NCBI RefSeq assembly: GCF_004010195.1
Contig: NC_057740.1
Coordinates: forward strand, 7,478,894 to 7,542,893
Direction of reading: 5' to 3'
Length of the DNA stretch: 64,000 nucleotides
From: Chiloscyllium plagiosum
Lineage: Eukaryota
The position numbers were made by a program, and so were the translations under genes. Each line of letters opens with the position of its first letter. Position 1 is the stretch's first letter. The notes beneath the pieces are model-generated. The model saw nothing but the letters and a program-made list of their open reading frames with translations. It did no database searches and was not told the DNA's origin. Below are positions 50,861-64,000 of this stretch, piece after piece.

Positions 50861-51873
50861 CATCTTGGATTAGACTTTGTTATTACAAGTATATGAATCA
50901 GAAATGTTTGGAAGGGTATGGGCCAAGGCAGGTGGGTCTAGTTTAGTTTGGGGTTATGATTAGCATGGACCAGTTGGACCAAAAGTTCTGTTTCTATGCT
51001 GTATGACTTTATGCTGGAAGATAAAAGAGCACCAGCTGCAGTAGCATGAGTAGGTAATGGACAAGTTTGCTGCCTGGCAGTTTACCCACAGAAATCCTTT
51101 GCTGATGTGAGGATGCAAATGTATGAGTAGAACTAGGGACGTTACCATATATCTGATGATAAAACTGAAGGATTGTTTATGCTTTATATCACAAAAATAT
51201 TCAGTGATCCCCTATGATTTTTAGCTTTAGCTATTTGATACTGAAATAAAACAATTCTGAAATTAAAACCTGCAAGTTTTAATGTTGCAGGTAATCTTAT
51301 TTCAGGACAAATCACAGAACACTTCATTGTACTGTGTAGTAAATCACACAGCAATCTTTAATTTATCCAAAATTTAGGATTTAACTTGCTGCATTAATGT
51401 GTGTTTCTTTTAAATTGAGACTAACTGCAAATAATTAATTCATGTGATAAAATGCAAGACCAACTGAAATGTGTCTTGCCACCAAATAAAGCACTAAGAA
51501 CAGGGAATGTTGATTTGCCAATTCAGAGATGTTCTGGATATAAGGGGTTCCACGAAGCATTTAATGCATGATTAAAGAACATCATGAAAATTCACTTTAT
51601 TGGTATTAGAACTGACTGACTGATCTAGCATTGCATTTGCTAACTCCTGAAAAACAAGATTGCAGTGAAAAATATGTAAAAGGCTTGCATAGAATAATTT
51701 TATGATGTTGTGACTTGTGTATATATAGGAAGGTAAATGCAGAGTAATGTCAAATCTCCAAGCAATGTTACTTTGCTAAACTGTTCAATAGCATGTGTTC
51801 AATCTCTGTTCCAGTTGAGGAGACTGTTTCTTCTACATGCCTGTTGTGATCTAATGGTGTTATTGAGCTATAA

Positions 51874-51924
51874 TGTGTGTGTGTGCGCGCGCGCGTGTGT
51901 GTGCGTGCGCGTGTGTGTGTGTGT
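51874..51924. repeat. (TG)/(CG) alternating purine-pyrimidine microsatellite
   Basis: tgtgtgtgtgtgcgcgcgcgcgtgtgtgtgcgtgcgcgtgtg... Confidence 0.9.
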
Positions 51925-53199
51925 TTAAGTGAGTGTACAAATGGATTTTACTTCTAAAGCTGCAGATTCTATATACACAGACTTAAATTAGTTAAGCCAC
52001 GAAACTAATTTAAGCTGGAGAATTGGGTAATTCAAGGTCTGGTCAAATTTTGAGTGTCAGGGCAGCATCAAACTAGATGAGTCGGGCCATTTTCTGATAG
52101 TGCAATAACTGAGACAAGTTATCTGTGATTTGATTTTAACTCATGGGTAGATTTCAAATTGATCTTCCAGAAAAGAGAGCATGTATTTTATAAGTACATC
52201 TTAGGGATGGCAATAAATGCTGGTCTTGCCAGCAATGCCCACATTCTCTAGAATAAATAATAACAAAAATTACTGTCATTTTCAGAATTCACTCCCACCA
52301 CCACTAGTGCAGTGTCAGTAGTCTGTACCATTTTAAAATATACTGCCGCAACTTACCAAGGCTCTTTTGACAGCACCTTTCTAACCTATAACCTCTGCTG
52401 CCGTTGTCCTTCAAGATAGTAGATCTATGGGAGCATCACTGACTGAAAGTTCCCTTCCAAACAACTCAGCATTCTGATTTGGCAATATATCACTACAGTT
52501 TCTTCACTGTCACTGGGCCAATGTCCAGGAACTACCTTCTGAATAACACTTTGGATGTCCCTATACCCCAAGGACTGGAGCAGGTGTAAGAAAACAGCTC
52601 GCTACCATCTCCTGTAAGGTAATTAGAGTTGGTCTTGGTAGTGATGCCCAAATCCAAGGAAGGAGTGTTTTTTCAAAAAAAAGCTGTCATTTCTGTAAAC
52701 TGCTCTGACTCCCAGATACAAAATTTGCTGGACAAAGAATTGACATCTATTTTGTGTCCTACATTCAGTAGTTGCACAGTATGATGTGACTACAATAGCA
52801 ATCAATTTCTAGAGTTAGTGTACAACAGACCCAGTCACCCCTTCCTTCCAAGAGTTCTACCATTGCTATTGCCCTCTCATGTTGCAAATTACACCGGTAT
52901 AGTATTGCAAAATTTTACTTTCTGGAAGAAATCGATTTAGTATTGTCTCCATTAATCAGAAAGTAACAAGAGTGTGTTGTCTGTGCATCCTGTTGTGCAT
53001 TCTGAATGCTCTGTCCTGTATTAATAGAACCTGATAGCTCTTGTTGTAAACAGTGGTAGAAAAGTCATTGAATGTGGAATGGACCAGTCTAGTTTAGTTT
53101 TGGATTTGTGACACATGTATTAACTGAATGTAAAATAATTCAATTAAATAAAAACATCTCTCTCTTCCCTTCTTGGATTATTTCTCATCTTTGGCATTT

Positions 53200-54060
53200 C
53201 CCTTCCCTTTAGTGACTGTACAGTCTTCATTTTTGAGTAAATGCTATTCACCAATATAACTGTTGACTCCTATACCTACCTAAAAATTGCCTGCTGCCAC
53301 ACTAAACATACTATACCATTTCAGTTTCAGTTGCAACTGTTCTGGCGATACCACCTTCCATTACAGTGTCTTTAGTATTTCACTCTTTCTCTCAATCAGT
53401 GACTCACCTCCATCGTGGTTGACTGGTGTCTGGTCATTTCCCACGATTCTCTCATCCCTTCTGCTCCTGCCCAGATCCATAATAGGATTCTGTTGGTCTT
53501 CACCTTTCATCCTGCCAGATTCTGTACTTAACTGATCAACTTCTGCCACTTCCACTGGCTCCATCATGATGCTACCATGAAGTATGTCTTCCCCTTGCCT
53601 TTTCGCATTCCAAAAGGGCTAATCCACAGCACTTGGAGCACTCCTCAATGAACCACAAATCCCACTTGCTTCCCATGACATCTTTCCATACAACACTTCT
53701 GCCTTTTCTGTTCCATTGTTTTAGGTACCAAACATTCCTTCCATTTAAAATAGTAATTTACTCCATACTTCAGTATAATATACTGGATTGATTACTCAAA
53801 CTGTGGCCCCCCCCAACATTATGGAAGCCTGTGTAGACTAGTCCATTGCCTTGTATAACATCTTTATCAGTCACATGTATGACTTAAACTTCTGGTTGTC
53901 TGTGATTTCAGTTTTGCTGCCATTCAGACATCTGTGTCCTTGGTTCCTGCATTATTCCAATTAAATGCTGTGTTAATTCAAAGTAAAGAACCTTGTCTTT
54001 CTATCGGGCATTTGGTAACTTTTGGCAGTTGACATGGAGTTCAACAATTTCACTACTCTG
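53200..54060 (+). mobile_element. Ancient decayed PLE ORF (RT thumb/linker to GIY-YIG)
   Basis: Remnants RILLVFTFHPA and CHFHWLHHDATMKYVFP, plus a decayed IYWI..S.CG segment resembling PLE PLVLTYHP and VIYCI.C..C motifs. Confidence 0.5.
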
Positions 54061-54171
54061 CAAGATGATAATACGAAAACATAGGGTAGATAAATAAAAA
54101 ATGCTTCAACTGTTAGGGGATCTTAGAACCAGAGGACATAATCTGAGAATAATAGCCAGACCATTCAGGAC

Positions 54172-54305
54172 AGTTCTGATGAACGGTCACTAGACCTGGA
54201 ATGGTAACCCTACTTTCTCTCCACCGATGCTGCCAAACCTGGCAAGTTTCTCTAGCAGTTTCTGTTTTTGTTTCAGATTTCCGGCATCAGCAGCTCTTGG
54301 CTTTA
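54172..54305 (+). mobile_element. PLE family C-like terminus with decayed hammerhead, nested in a CR1 3' fragment (about 54085-54550)
   Basis: ttCTGATGAacGGTCactaGACCtggaatggtaacc...tctctccaccgatgctgcc. Confidence 0.6.
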
Positions 54306-54699
54306 TTTATGTTTGGAAGACTTCTACGCACAAAGGGTGGTAGATGTTTGGAACTCTCTTTTCATAAATATCAGTGAATACTGGATCAGTTGTTGCTTTT
54401 AAACCTGAGATAGACATATTTTTGTTAAGCAAAGAGCTATTAAGAAATATGGACAAACGGTTGCTATATAGAATTAGGACACAGATCAGTCATGATCTAA
54501 TTGAGTAGTGAAATCAGCTGAAGAAGCTGAATGACCTACTCTTGTTCCAAAGACTCATTTGTTTGGATGCTAGTTTTGATGCTTCTGTTATTCTCATTTA
54601 ACTCAATCCTTTTATTTCTGTGAAGTGGCTGTTTCAAAATGGTGGCTATAGTTGTCTGCAATCTGCAAATGACTTATTTGCTAAAAGGAAAGCAGGAGT

Positions 54700-55360
54700 G
54701 AATTTGTTTGCTATTAGTTTAGGTCAGTTTAGATGCAATACTTCTGATGATACAATAGTTTTGAGGTGTATATTGTCCTTTTTATTTTGAGAGCTTTTAA
54801 GACATGTACAGAGCTGCCTATTTGAATCCAATAAAATAAACCATGTGAGGCCTTGGGGTTTTGTTTTAAAGTTGGAACAATAGAAGCAGACTGAACTGGT
54901 GGAGTCAAGCTCCCCAGAGCCAGGATGTTTAGGTTTAGTTTTTCAATAGCAGTTGCTGGCGCCTTGAAGCTGAGTTTGGAAGCTTCAGTGCATCTCACTG
55001 CTACACACTTTCTGTTTTGTTAATGTTTTTCTTCCTGGACTAGAGAATTACCTGAAACAGTTTATTTTACTAAATTTGTCTTTGCCAAGGGTTTGTTTAT
55101 GGGATGTTTCTATATTGGAACAGTTGCTGTTTAATAATTAAATAATCTATTAAATTTTCCAGTACAATTAAACTATTCCAATTTCTTTTTCCTTTTGTTG
55201 TTTTTTTAAATGTAGTTTAATAATAAAGTGCACTTTGTTTCAAGACTGGTAGTTTGACCAATTGAATTGCATCCAGAACACAACGCCTTTGAAATGAGAA
55301 GTTATGGTCTAGGCTGTCTCCGTAATATATTTTGAGGGGGTTTGGTCTGGTCCAGAACGT
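54700..55360 (+). mobile_element. LTR-like repeat related to 14588-15219
   Basis: Shared 3' segment aagttatggtct.ggctgtct...ttttgag...tctggtc; AATAAA near 55222. The 5' boundary is uncertain. Confidence 0.45.
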
Positions 55361-55442
55361 ACTATATAGGGTTTGTATTTGTGTTTCACCAACATTGCTG
55401 CCCATTCCAGGCAAATGTGCATCTGACTTAGATATATCCCTG

Positions 55443-55559
55443 GGAGAAAGTGAGGACTGCAGATGCTGGAGATCAGAGTCGAGTGTGTGGTGCTGGAAAA
55501 GCACAGTCGGTCAGGCAGCATCCGAACAGCAGGAGAATCAATGTTTTGAGCATAACAGC
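55443..55559 (-). mobile_element. PLE family A-like 3' tail truncated within hammerhead stem II
   Basis: Flanking direct repeat atatccctg (55434-55442, 55560-55568); reverse complement of the 15895-16006 type sequence. Confidence 0.7.
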
Positions 55560-57999
55560 ATATCCCTGTTTGCCTGTTATAATGCACTTATGTCACTTTA
55601 AACCAAAGAATGGGTGGTGGATATGTGTTGTCGTCTTTCACTTTAACGCTTGTGAGCAGGGGTAAACAATTGGATTAATCTAGGCAGACTGTCTATTCCA
55701 TTTTCATTGTCGTGATATTTGTGTGTGTGTGCGCGTGCGTTTGTGTGTGTGGTGTTCCACCTAGCAGTGATGCTGGCCACAAATGCAGCCTTATTTCTAA
55801 TCTCCCTCCTTTTGTCTTGCACCATCATCCCTTTAGTCATTTAATTGCTCCTCCTTCCCACCCTAAAACCTGATGCCTCTAACTTTTTACCTATTCTGAA
55901 CAAAAGCTATTGACCTGAAGTATTAACATTATTTCTGTCTTCACAGATGCTACATTTCCCATATTTTTTGTTTCCATTTTAGCTTAATGCTGCTTCTCCA
56001 ACTCTTCATTGTCAACAAATTGCAAGCAAAACAGGATTTTGAAGCTACTCTCAGCCTCATCAGCTAAAGTTTCTTCCTTTTGGAAAGTGAAACTTTAACT
56101 CGTGTGAGCGCAAAGAAGATATTTAGCTCACTGCACTTCATTCATTCCTTATGAGGTGGTCTATGAATTCAGTCCTTTAACAGCAGTGAGCTTTCCTCTT
56201 TATTGATGAATTCTCAGTCTTGATTTCCATTGTCACCAAAGTACACTTGGGGTGGTTTTTAACACTTACACTGAAAAGACTTGCAAATGACTAATATCTT
56301 GGAGCAGATGCGTACATTGTGCACTGTTTCAAATATATGTGAAGTTTAGCATTTTGTCAACTCTCAATAGAGCACTAATGGCCACTGCTGAATCTGTACA
56401 GGGTATGACATTAGTTGTGATTGTAATTTTAGCTGTCAGTGTTGCAAACAAATGTATAATCTGGGTTGAGTATTAGTCCCTGTTCACTAAAAAGAAGTTT
56501 CTCGTTTGGAGTGTTTGTTTGCGGAGGCATTGCTGTGCATGCTTTGCATTCTTTTCCATGCCAGAAATCTCATTTGTATTCTGTTGCTTTCTGTCCTTTT
56601 TCTCGCATTACAATGCTCGAGATGAAACTCTTATCTCGAAGAAAAGCACTTACAGACCCAATAAAGTTTTATTCAAGCAATTTGATGATGGGGCAGAGTA
56701 TTTCTCTAAATTGCTTAGGGACTTGCAAGAATATATGATTAATTGTGTAGGAGTAGCGCTGAACAGAATGAGAGCCAGCTGGCATCTCAATGATGATCAA
56801 CTGTGCTGACCCCTGCATGTTAAATTTGCTTTAGGAAGTGAGTGATTCAGTGATTTTCAAAATTTTTCTTCGATGTACGCAATTTCAATGTGGGCACTTT
56901 GGAGCTGAGTGAAAAATCTTGCTCAAGCCTCTGATTTTAACTGACAAATTTAAGTTAGTGTTGTCAGTTGGTACAGATGACCTGATCGTGATCTATTGGT
57001 GCTGTAAGAGTTCCTCCTCTCTTTTCCACCACCACCCCCCCCCCCCTACCAGGGTAGCAATGAGCATGTTGGAGACTTCCTTTTCAAGGTAGTACTAATA
57101 CAGTATATTGGTTTCCCCAGGCACAAGGTGACTTCTATTTGGTGCATAGTTTCATATATGAAACCTCGGATTTTAAAGCTTCACTATTATTTCTCAAATC
57201 TTTTAAGGTTCCAACCTGTACAGTTCTACAGCTGCTTGCCCTCCAACTTTAAATTTGTTGAATAATTATCAGCTTTTTAACTGTCATTATTTAAAGTGTG
57301 GGTCATTGTTTTTTTCAGGTTACAATCATGAGCCTTGAATAGCATTTCAGAACATTGCAACAGGTATATGTCAGTAAAATTGGACCACTTGACTGTATAG
57401 AGATTGAATGCATTACACAATGTTTTGATAACCTGGTCCTTTTTATTTCGTAATCATTTTAACCTCTTAAAAATCAAGAAAGGTGGCTTTCAAACATCAG
57501 TGACATATTAAATGTGATATCAGAGCTTTCATATTTGAGAAATCTCCTCAATATAGTTATCAAATCTTCCTGCTGCCTTACTGTTCATGTAAGGGAATTT
57601 TGCTCAAAGATCCACTTGGTTTCCTTGCACCAATTTACTCAATATGAGCTTTTATTTTCAATGGTTGATGTCTGATATTTAGAGAATGAATTTGTTTTAA
57701 AAGTTTAGTTGGTTTCTTATCTGGAATTTCAGAATTTTCTGAAGTTTCCAGCAGTTTTCATAGACTTTTATTTGTGGTTTTTGATACACTGTATATTTTC
57801 AGTAGGTTGACAAAGGTAAGGCCAAAGTAAGCTGGATATCCTTTTATGCAATTTATTTACACTTTATCCTTTTACAAGGATCAAGTCACCTTGTGAAACA
57901 CTATAATTGTACCTTGGAAAATTCACTGTTTGTGTTGTAAAATCCCTTGTGATTTGAAATAGCATTCAATACAAGGGCATTTACATGAATAATTACTTA

Positions 58000-58647
58000 A
58001 AGATGGTGAAGGAGGTATTTGGTATGCTTTCCTTTATTGGTCGAGTATTGAGTACAGGAGTTGGGAGGTCATGTTGCGGCTGTACAGGACATTGGTTAGG
58101 CCACTGTTGGAATATTGCATGCAATTCTGGTCTCCTTCCTATCTGAAAGATGTTGTGAAACTTGAAAGGGTTCAGAAAAGATTTACAAGGATGTTGCCAG
58201 GGTTGGAGGATTTGAGCTACAGGGAGAGGCTGAACAGGCTGGGGCTGTTTTCCCTGGAGCGTCAGAGGCTGAGGGGTGACCTTATAAAGGTTTACAAAAT
58301 TATGAGGGGCATGAATAGACAAAGTCTTTTCCCTGGGGTCGGGGAGTCCAGAACTAGAGGGCGTAGGTTTAGGGTGAGAGGGGAAAGATATAAAAGAGAC
58401 CAAAGGGGCAACCTTTTCACGCAGAGGGTGGTACGTGTATGGAATGAGCTGCCAGAGGATGTGGTGGAGGCTGGTACAATTGCAACATTTAAGAGGCATC
58501 TGGATGGGTATATGAAAAGGAAGGGTTTGGAAGGATATGGTCCGGGTGCTGGCAGGTGAGACTAGATTGGGTTGGGATATCTGGACGGCATGGACAGGTT
58601 GGACCAAAGGGTCTGTTTCCATGCTGTACATCTCTCTGACTCTGTGA
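58000..58647 (+). mobile_element. Young 5'-truncated CR1/HER1 LINE
   Basis: Uninterrupted ORF 58071-58559 (LVRPLLEYCMQFWSP...WNELPEDVVEAG) plus 3' UTR. Confidence 0.92.
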
Positions 58648-61600
58648 TTCCTGACTTAATTGAACAGATACACATGCTTTATTAATTTACTATATTGCAA
58701 TTCCAAAGTGTGGATTCATAAAAATAGTAAAAACATCATGAGCATATTGGGTGACTGGGTTGTGTGCATAACTTGTTGTCACTGGATGGCCAGTCATCTT
58801 TCACTGTCCTTCCCCAGAGAGGTTCTGGTAACCATTGTGCTAACTTTTCTCTGATAATTCATCTCCGAAAGTTTAATGTATTTTTATTTTAAGGCAAAGC
58901 GTAGGTTTCTGCTTTTGATGGATATTTGCATGTGTTTTAGGCCCATTGTTTCCAACATGGCAGATAAATTGGGACTTCTGTTAGAAAGCAATGTGGTATT
59001 TTTGGTGATATAGACAGATTGTTTTGAAATTGAAAACAGATTTATTTGGTCTCCCTATGGCTGATAAGTTAAATGCAGTGTGATGCTCAGTTGCACAGAG
59101 CAGGAACACTGTCAGTGTGTTGACTGAACTGATCTCAGTTGGGTAATTGCCCGAGGAACAGGAAGGGAAAACTGTCGAATGTCAGGTTCTGCTGATCACT
59201 GTCAAGTATGTCCTGCTGAAACATAGATGGCATGGGCTTCAGGTGACAACAGGATTAGATCTGGTAGACATTTCAACTGTGGAGGAGCATCATCACAGGC
59301 AATAGTTTCTGTTCATATTAATGATAATGAGTAACCATTCAGAGTTGCATCTGGTTGCAGCTACCCAAGGGAGCATGTTTTACCATGAATCAGCGTTCAG
59401 TTTGAGGAGGGAGGAGGTGGAAAAAGAGAAATAGACATTTTGTTGAGAGAATAATTAAATACCTGAAATTTTGAGGCCATATTTTTCAGTTTTTTGTGTC
59501 TGAAAATTAACATGTAAAAAATAAGTAAATTCAAAACAGGACCTATTGGTATTGAACATGAGTTGTTTGATATAACAGACTTGCTGTAGTTTTATCAATA
59601 CAACTCAATGGTTTTATCAGGAAGTTTAAACTCTATACATTTTTAATAATTTTCTAGGCCACTTCCTGTAAGTAATCCAATTTTAAATATCTGGAAATGA
59701 CTTTTTAATATCTTATATAGGTACATTTGCTAGTTTGTATTGAGGTACATTATTCTGTTTCTTAGTGAGTTGAAAGATTTTTAATGTGTCCATGTTTCCT
59801 TGCTTCCCAAAAAAAGTTTAATTTTGAGTCTCCTTCAAGGCCTGCAAATGACAAAGTTAGTTTTTTAAAAAAAGTCCATAGTAATTAATTCTGGGAACGT
59901 ACTTCGTTTGTTGTCTAGTGTCTGCTTCCAGTGTGATGCTTTGTTTTTAAAAAGTAGAGCAAAAAGAAAATCGCAGAAGCTCAGTTCATGCTTGGCACAA
60001 TTTTAGCTTGAAGTTCCACAATTGTTTAATCCACAATTCTTATTAACTTTGAACAGTGCCTCTTCTGTAGATTCTCTATGGTGGTATTGCCTTGACCACG
60101 AATTATTAGGTTCAAGACAAAAGAAGTTTGGTGCGACTAAATTCCTCAAGCAATTGTTACCCATATCATATACTGGTAGAGGTGTTAAATGCCCACAGGG
60201 TACCAAGAGTAGCCTGGGAAAATACAATAGTAATTTTGCCTCCAAGGGATCTCCTTTTCTCTTAGAAATCTGAAAAAATGTATGATGGTTCTTCCAGTGA
60301 TTTAAAAGGCTCTGTAATTACTGACTTGCATCTGTTTTTTGACCAGCTTTCCACAGATTGTAAGAATAGTTTATTTCATTTGAAGTTTCTAGATATGGAA
60401 TTATATAATATGATATCTAATATGCATTCTTGAAGTAATAGTTCACACGTGAATTGCCTATTCCATGAGCAGTGAAATTACAAGTCAGGACTTTCCTTTT
60501 CAGCAGTTAGCATGTTTCACTTTGTACTTGACTTTCCTTCATTGATCAGCTTATGACTGATTCCATTTTTTTTTTCCCCAGACTTTGAGGTATTTTCAAA
60601 ATTTGCGACTTGTGTCTTAGGATTTAGTGGTTGTCTCTTTCGTGTTTAAAGCAAGCTAGCAGAGCATAAAAAGCAGAAAAATATTTTTATCTTTAACTTG
60701 TACTGTTTCATTAGAGTTGTTGAAATATGAAAAAGACAAATTCCTTCTTTCTGCTCATCACTCCTCAAACATTTTCATTTCCATGAGAATTTTCTTTACA
60801 AAATCACAATACTTGGCTGGAAATTTTAAGTAACAAGGGTAGAGCCTAAAACTAACAGCACCTAGAAAAACAAGTTAATTTATCATAGTTGTGCGTGAAA
60901 ATGACTTCTGCCTTAAAATATTGGCCGGTGAAGACAGATGGTGTGTGGCTCCACGAGTATTTCTTGCCAAAGTATGGGGCTGGGAGGGTGAACTTTAGAG
61001 CTCTACATGTGCAATATCCACTTTACGGATTGCTCGTCTGTGGGCTGTCTGACTGCTGGTGTTGCATTTTATATTATCATCCCCCATGTTCTGGTTTTCA
61101 TTATTGACCAAGTTGTTTCTTCAGTTGTCTCGATTGAGTAATGTTGGAAAAGTTGTATTAATTGTCCAATAGATCTTCTGCGCAATGCACTTCCGCTGGT
61201 GTTAGGAAATTCCAAGTTCATTCTGAACACTGAAGGAATGGCAATGTGCAACTTAGAAATGAGGTTGCTACACCTCTCTCTTGTTGATAAATAGTCCCAA
61301 GTTGATGAAAAACTTTTTGCAGTTCATCTCATAGATCCTACAAAGTTGTGGCAGCACCTGTCCAGGTGAGTAGAAGATATTAAGTAAGGTTGAACAGGTG
61401 GCAAAAGTTTGAGCTATATCAAGTAATTATAGTTGATCTAGACATGGAATTTTTTTTAGCAAGTTTACATTGTAGGCTCATATTCTTATTTTTCTTGATA
61501 CACTAACTAAATTTGGGGTAAACGTCTACAGGTTATGTTGAAGGCACATAAGCTTCATGAATGAACTTTGACAGGAGAGATGAGGGCAGAAAAAGACCAG

Positions 61601-64000
61601 GTCAGACTGTTAAACCACAAGTGAACATGTAAATTTCAAGGACCCTGATGAATGACAAAACCTTTTATGCTATTAAATCTTGCTGGTGTTAAAACCTGGA
61701 CAATAATCAAATAATAATGGAGCATTTTGACCAGTTTTACCAGTACTTGAAATCTCTAAACACTATTGTTTCCTCTAAGAATAAGATTTGTACTAATTGA
61801 TAAAGAGATGTTAATTACTATTGATTGAAGAATGCTGCTCATGGAAGTCAAGCAATATCTTTATTGTCTATTTCCCCTTTCCTGATTTCCTTAATTTTGA
61901 ATCTTACATCAAATTGAGGAGTTTGTCAAGTGTCCAGCAACAGTCCAATAATATTCAAGCAAAGTTAGCAGTCAGTAACATTGAAGTATTCTCTCAGGCA
62001 GTAAATCAGGAAGCAAAGTGAGCTCAATTTAATTTGTTCTGCTTTTTTAATTTTTAAATTATTGGAATGTGCACATGGAATTAAAGCTGAAACTGAAATG
62101 CCAAAAATGTTAAACAAAACAGTAAAATGTAACTTGTTTTCATAGAGATATGTGACATTCCATACGTGTGAAGAGTTGCCTTTTTTAGGGTGAGGGAGGC
62201 TGTTTAATAATTGTGAACTTAAAATACCATTAAAACCCAGTTGTATCTCATCCAACAAGACCATTCAACAGCAGCAAGGCTTAATAGCATAAAAGTGCAT
62301 TTTTTTGTCAGATCGATGATTTCTAGTCTGGAGGGACTTCAATAATGTATCCATAGGTAACACTAGATTACCATGAGGAACTTCAAGATTTCTTTGTTTT
62401 AAATGTATGCATGCACAGTCCATGTGTTGCTCTCTGGTTTAGAAAAATAATGCTGGTACATGCTAGCACTTATATTGCTAACATGCTAGCATTGTTACTG
62501 CTGCAAAACTAGGCCAATATTTTCAGGAAAAAAATCAACCTGTTTGCTGTCTCTAATAGGTATTTTCATGTGGTTTCTGGTTTCAATCAAATTAGTTGAA
62601 TGTGGCAGTAATGTTATGTTGAGCAGTGGTCATTACTGGTCCTGAGGAAGCAATAACCTGAACAAAATGATACTGTTATTGTTGTTATCCATTTGGTTGA
62701 TGTTTTTCCAAGTTATACAAACTGCCCTGTAATTGCTTTTTACATTCTCTCCTCATTTGTTTGAGATTGTGTTTCTGATTGCCTGTGCTCTGATGTTGAT
62801 GGTTTGTTGCTGATCTGAGCAGTTACATCACTGGGAATTGCATATTGATTGAATTATTGCCTAATGTCATGGTTGTATGATTTATTGCTCCTCGAATCAA
62901 AAAACATTTTTGTTTTGCTACCAAATATACTGACAGTGCTATAGGCAGCTTTGCCACTTGTAATATTAAATGTATACCACTGTATCAAATGGTCAGTTTA
63001 ATGACAACAACAAAAAGAAAATCTTACAATGGAAGTTAAATGGGTAAGAAGCCATTAAATGCACTGTAAACAGTTCCAGCAAAAAATCTTCAGAATGAGT
63101 ATTGGCTGTGAAGGTTTACAACATGAGTGGAAATCATACACACTAGCCTTGGATAAAATTCCAGCATCTTGTTTTACTTATGTATGGCATATTCTGTTGA
63201 GGAACCTTTCCTTTTTTTTCTCTTATTTAAATATATTATGGAAATTTCTGATTTTGACAACTCCACAGCAGTGTTGGGAATGGTGTTTATGATGGACAAG
63301 ATTGTAAATCCATTTTAAGTATATGTAGTTGTTTGTTTTCATTTATTGTGACCTTGTGAAGAAACATGGTTTGGAATATTAGGTTTAAAATGTAATTTTC
63401 AGTAAAACCTAAGGCAAGCTGCATTTTTAGCAAATGACAAAACTAGTTAGCAAGCACATGGTCAGCTTCCTTCACAGTGCTGCAAAGTTACAGATAAGCG
63501 TTGCATACATCTTTTAAAAATGTAATGTCCTGGGATTGTTTTGATGTTGGCCCTAAATATACAATGCCAGCTCTGATATGCAGGACCTCCACTGGATAAA
63601 GGATATGTTTGGCTCCAGTCTTATTTTCTTGCTGGACTTGCTATCTTAACTGAACAGATTGACCAACATGACTGTTACTGAACTCTAAACTTTGAGAATA
63701 ATTTCAAAATCGCATTTTGTAGAAATTGAGTTATGAACCTTGTTAGAGTAAGTGCCTATTCTCACTTGATAGAGTATTACTATGGCTGATTATTATTGAT
63801 AAAATGACCATTTTCCATGCCAACTTTCAATTTTACCATTGCAGCCATTCATTACAAATATTTCAAACACAACTGAAATATTCAAATCTGCACCACCGTT
63901 CAATAAGATCATGGATGATCTGGTTGTAGTCTCAGTTCCCATTTCCTGGACGTATCCCATATCCCTTAACTCCCTTGTCTCTCAAAAATTTATCTAACTT

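Noticed and set aside
49957-50946. Long ORFs (329, 269 and 264 aa) of LSRSLA / RESARE repeats
   Set aside because: Translations of a 10-bp tandem repeat running through an N gap; not genes.
58071-58559. 162-aa ORF as a host gene (also 6118-6561 and 18869-19318)
   Set aside because: C-terminus of CR1 ORF2 in 5'-truncated copies.
59658-59667. 10-nt microexon-like ag|GCCACTTCCT|gtaagt
   Set aside because: Frame-shifting, weak pyrimidine tract and no other support; expected by chance in 64 kb.

Overview
Vertebrate, repeat-dense intronic DNA, very probably from a shark (HE1-like V-SINEs, HER1/CR1 LINEs). The only host coding sequence is two + strand exons of a KDM4-family JmjC histone demethylase, best matching KDM4B (10179-10282 and 47008-47145), separated by a 36.7-kb intron. 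The rest is layered retroelement debris: CR1, L2/CR1-like and Rex1-like LINEs, SINEs, solo LTRs, and hAT and Tc1/mariner MITEs. The main unexplained structure is a set of Penelope-like element (PLE) termini from about four families. They carry minimal type-I hammerhead ribozyme cores, sit between 13-15 bp target-site duplications (TSDs), and are often arranged as inverted pairs. One pair brackets about 2 kb of ordinary genomic DNA inside a single TSD (13586-16006), which looks like PLE-mediated capture and mobilisation of host sequence. Also notable are a CR1 deletion junction filled by two perfect fold-back hairpins, a 5'-inverted CR1, and candidate alternative or poison KDM4B exons. All calls were made by eye. 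Boundaries of old repeats are approximate and family names come from recalled motifs, not database searches.
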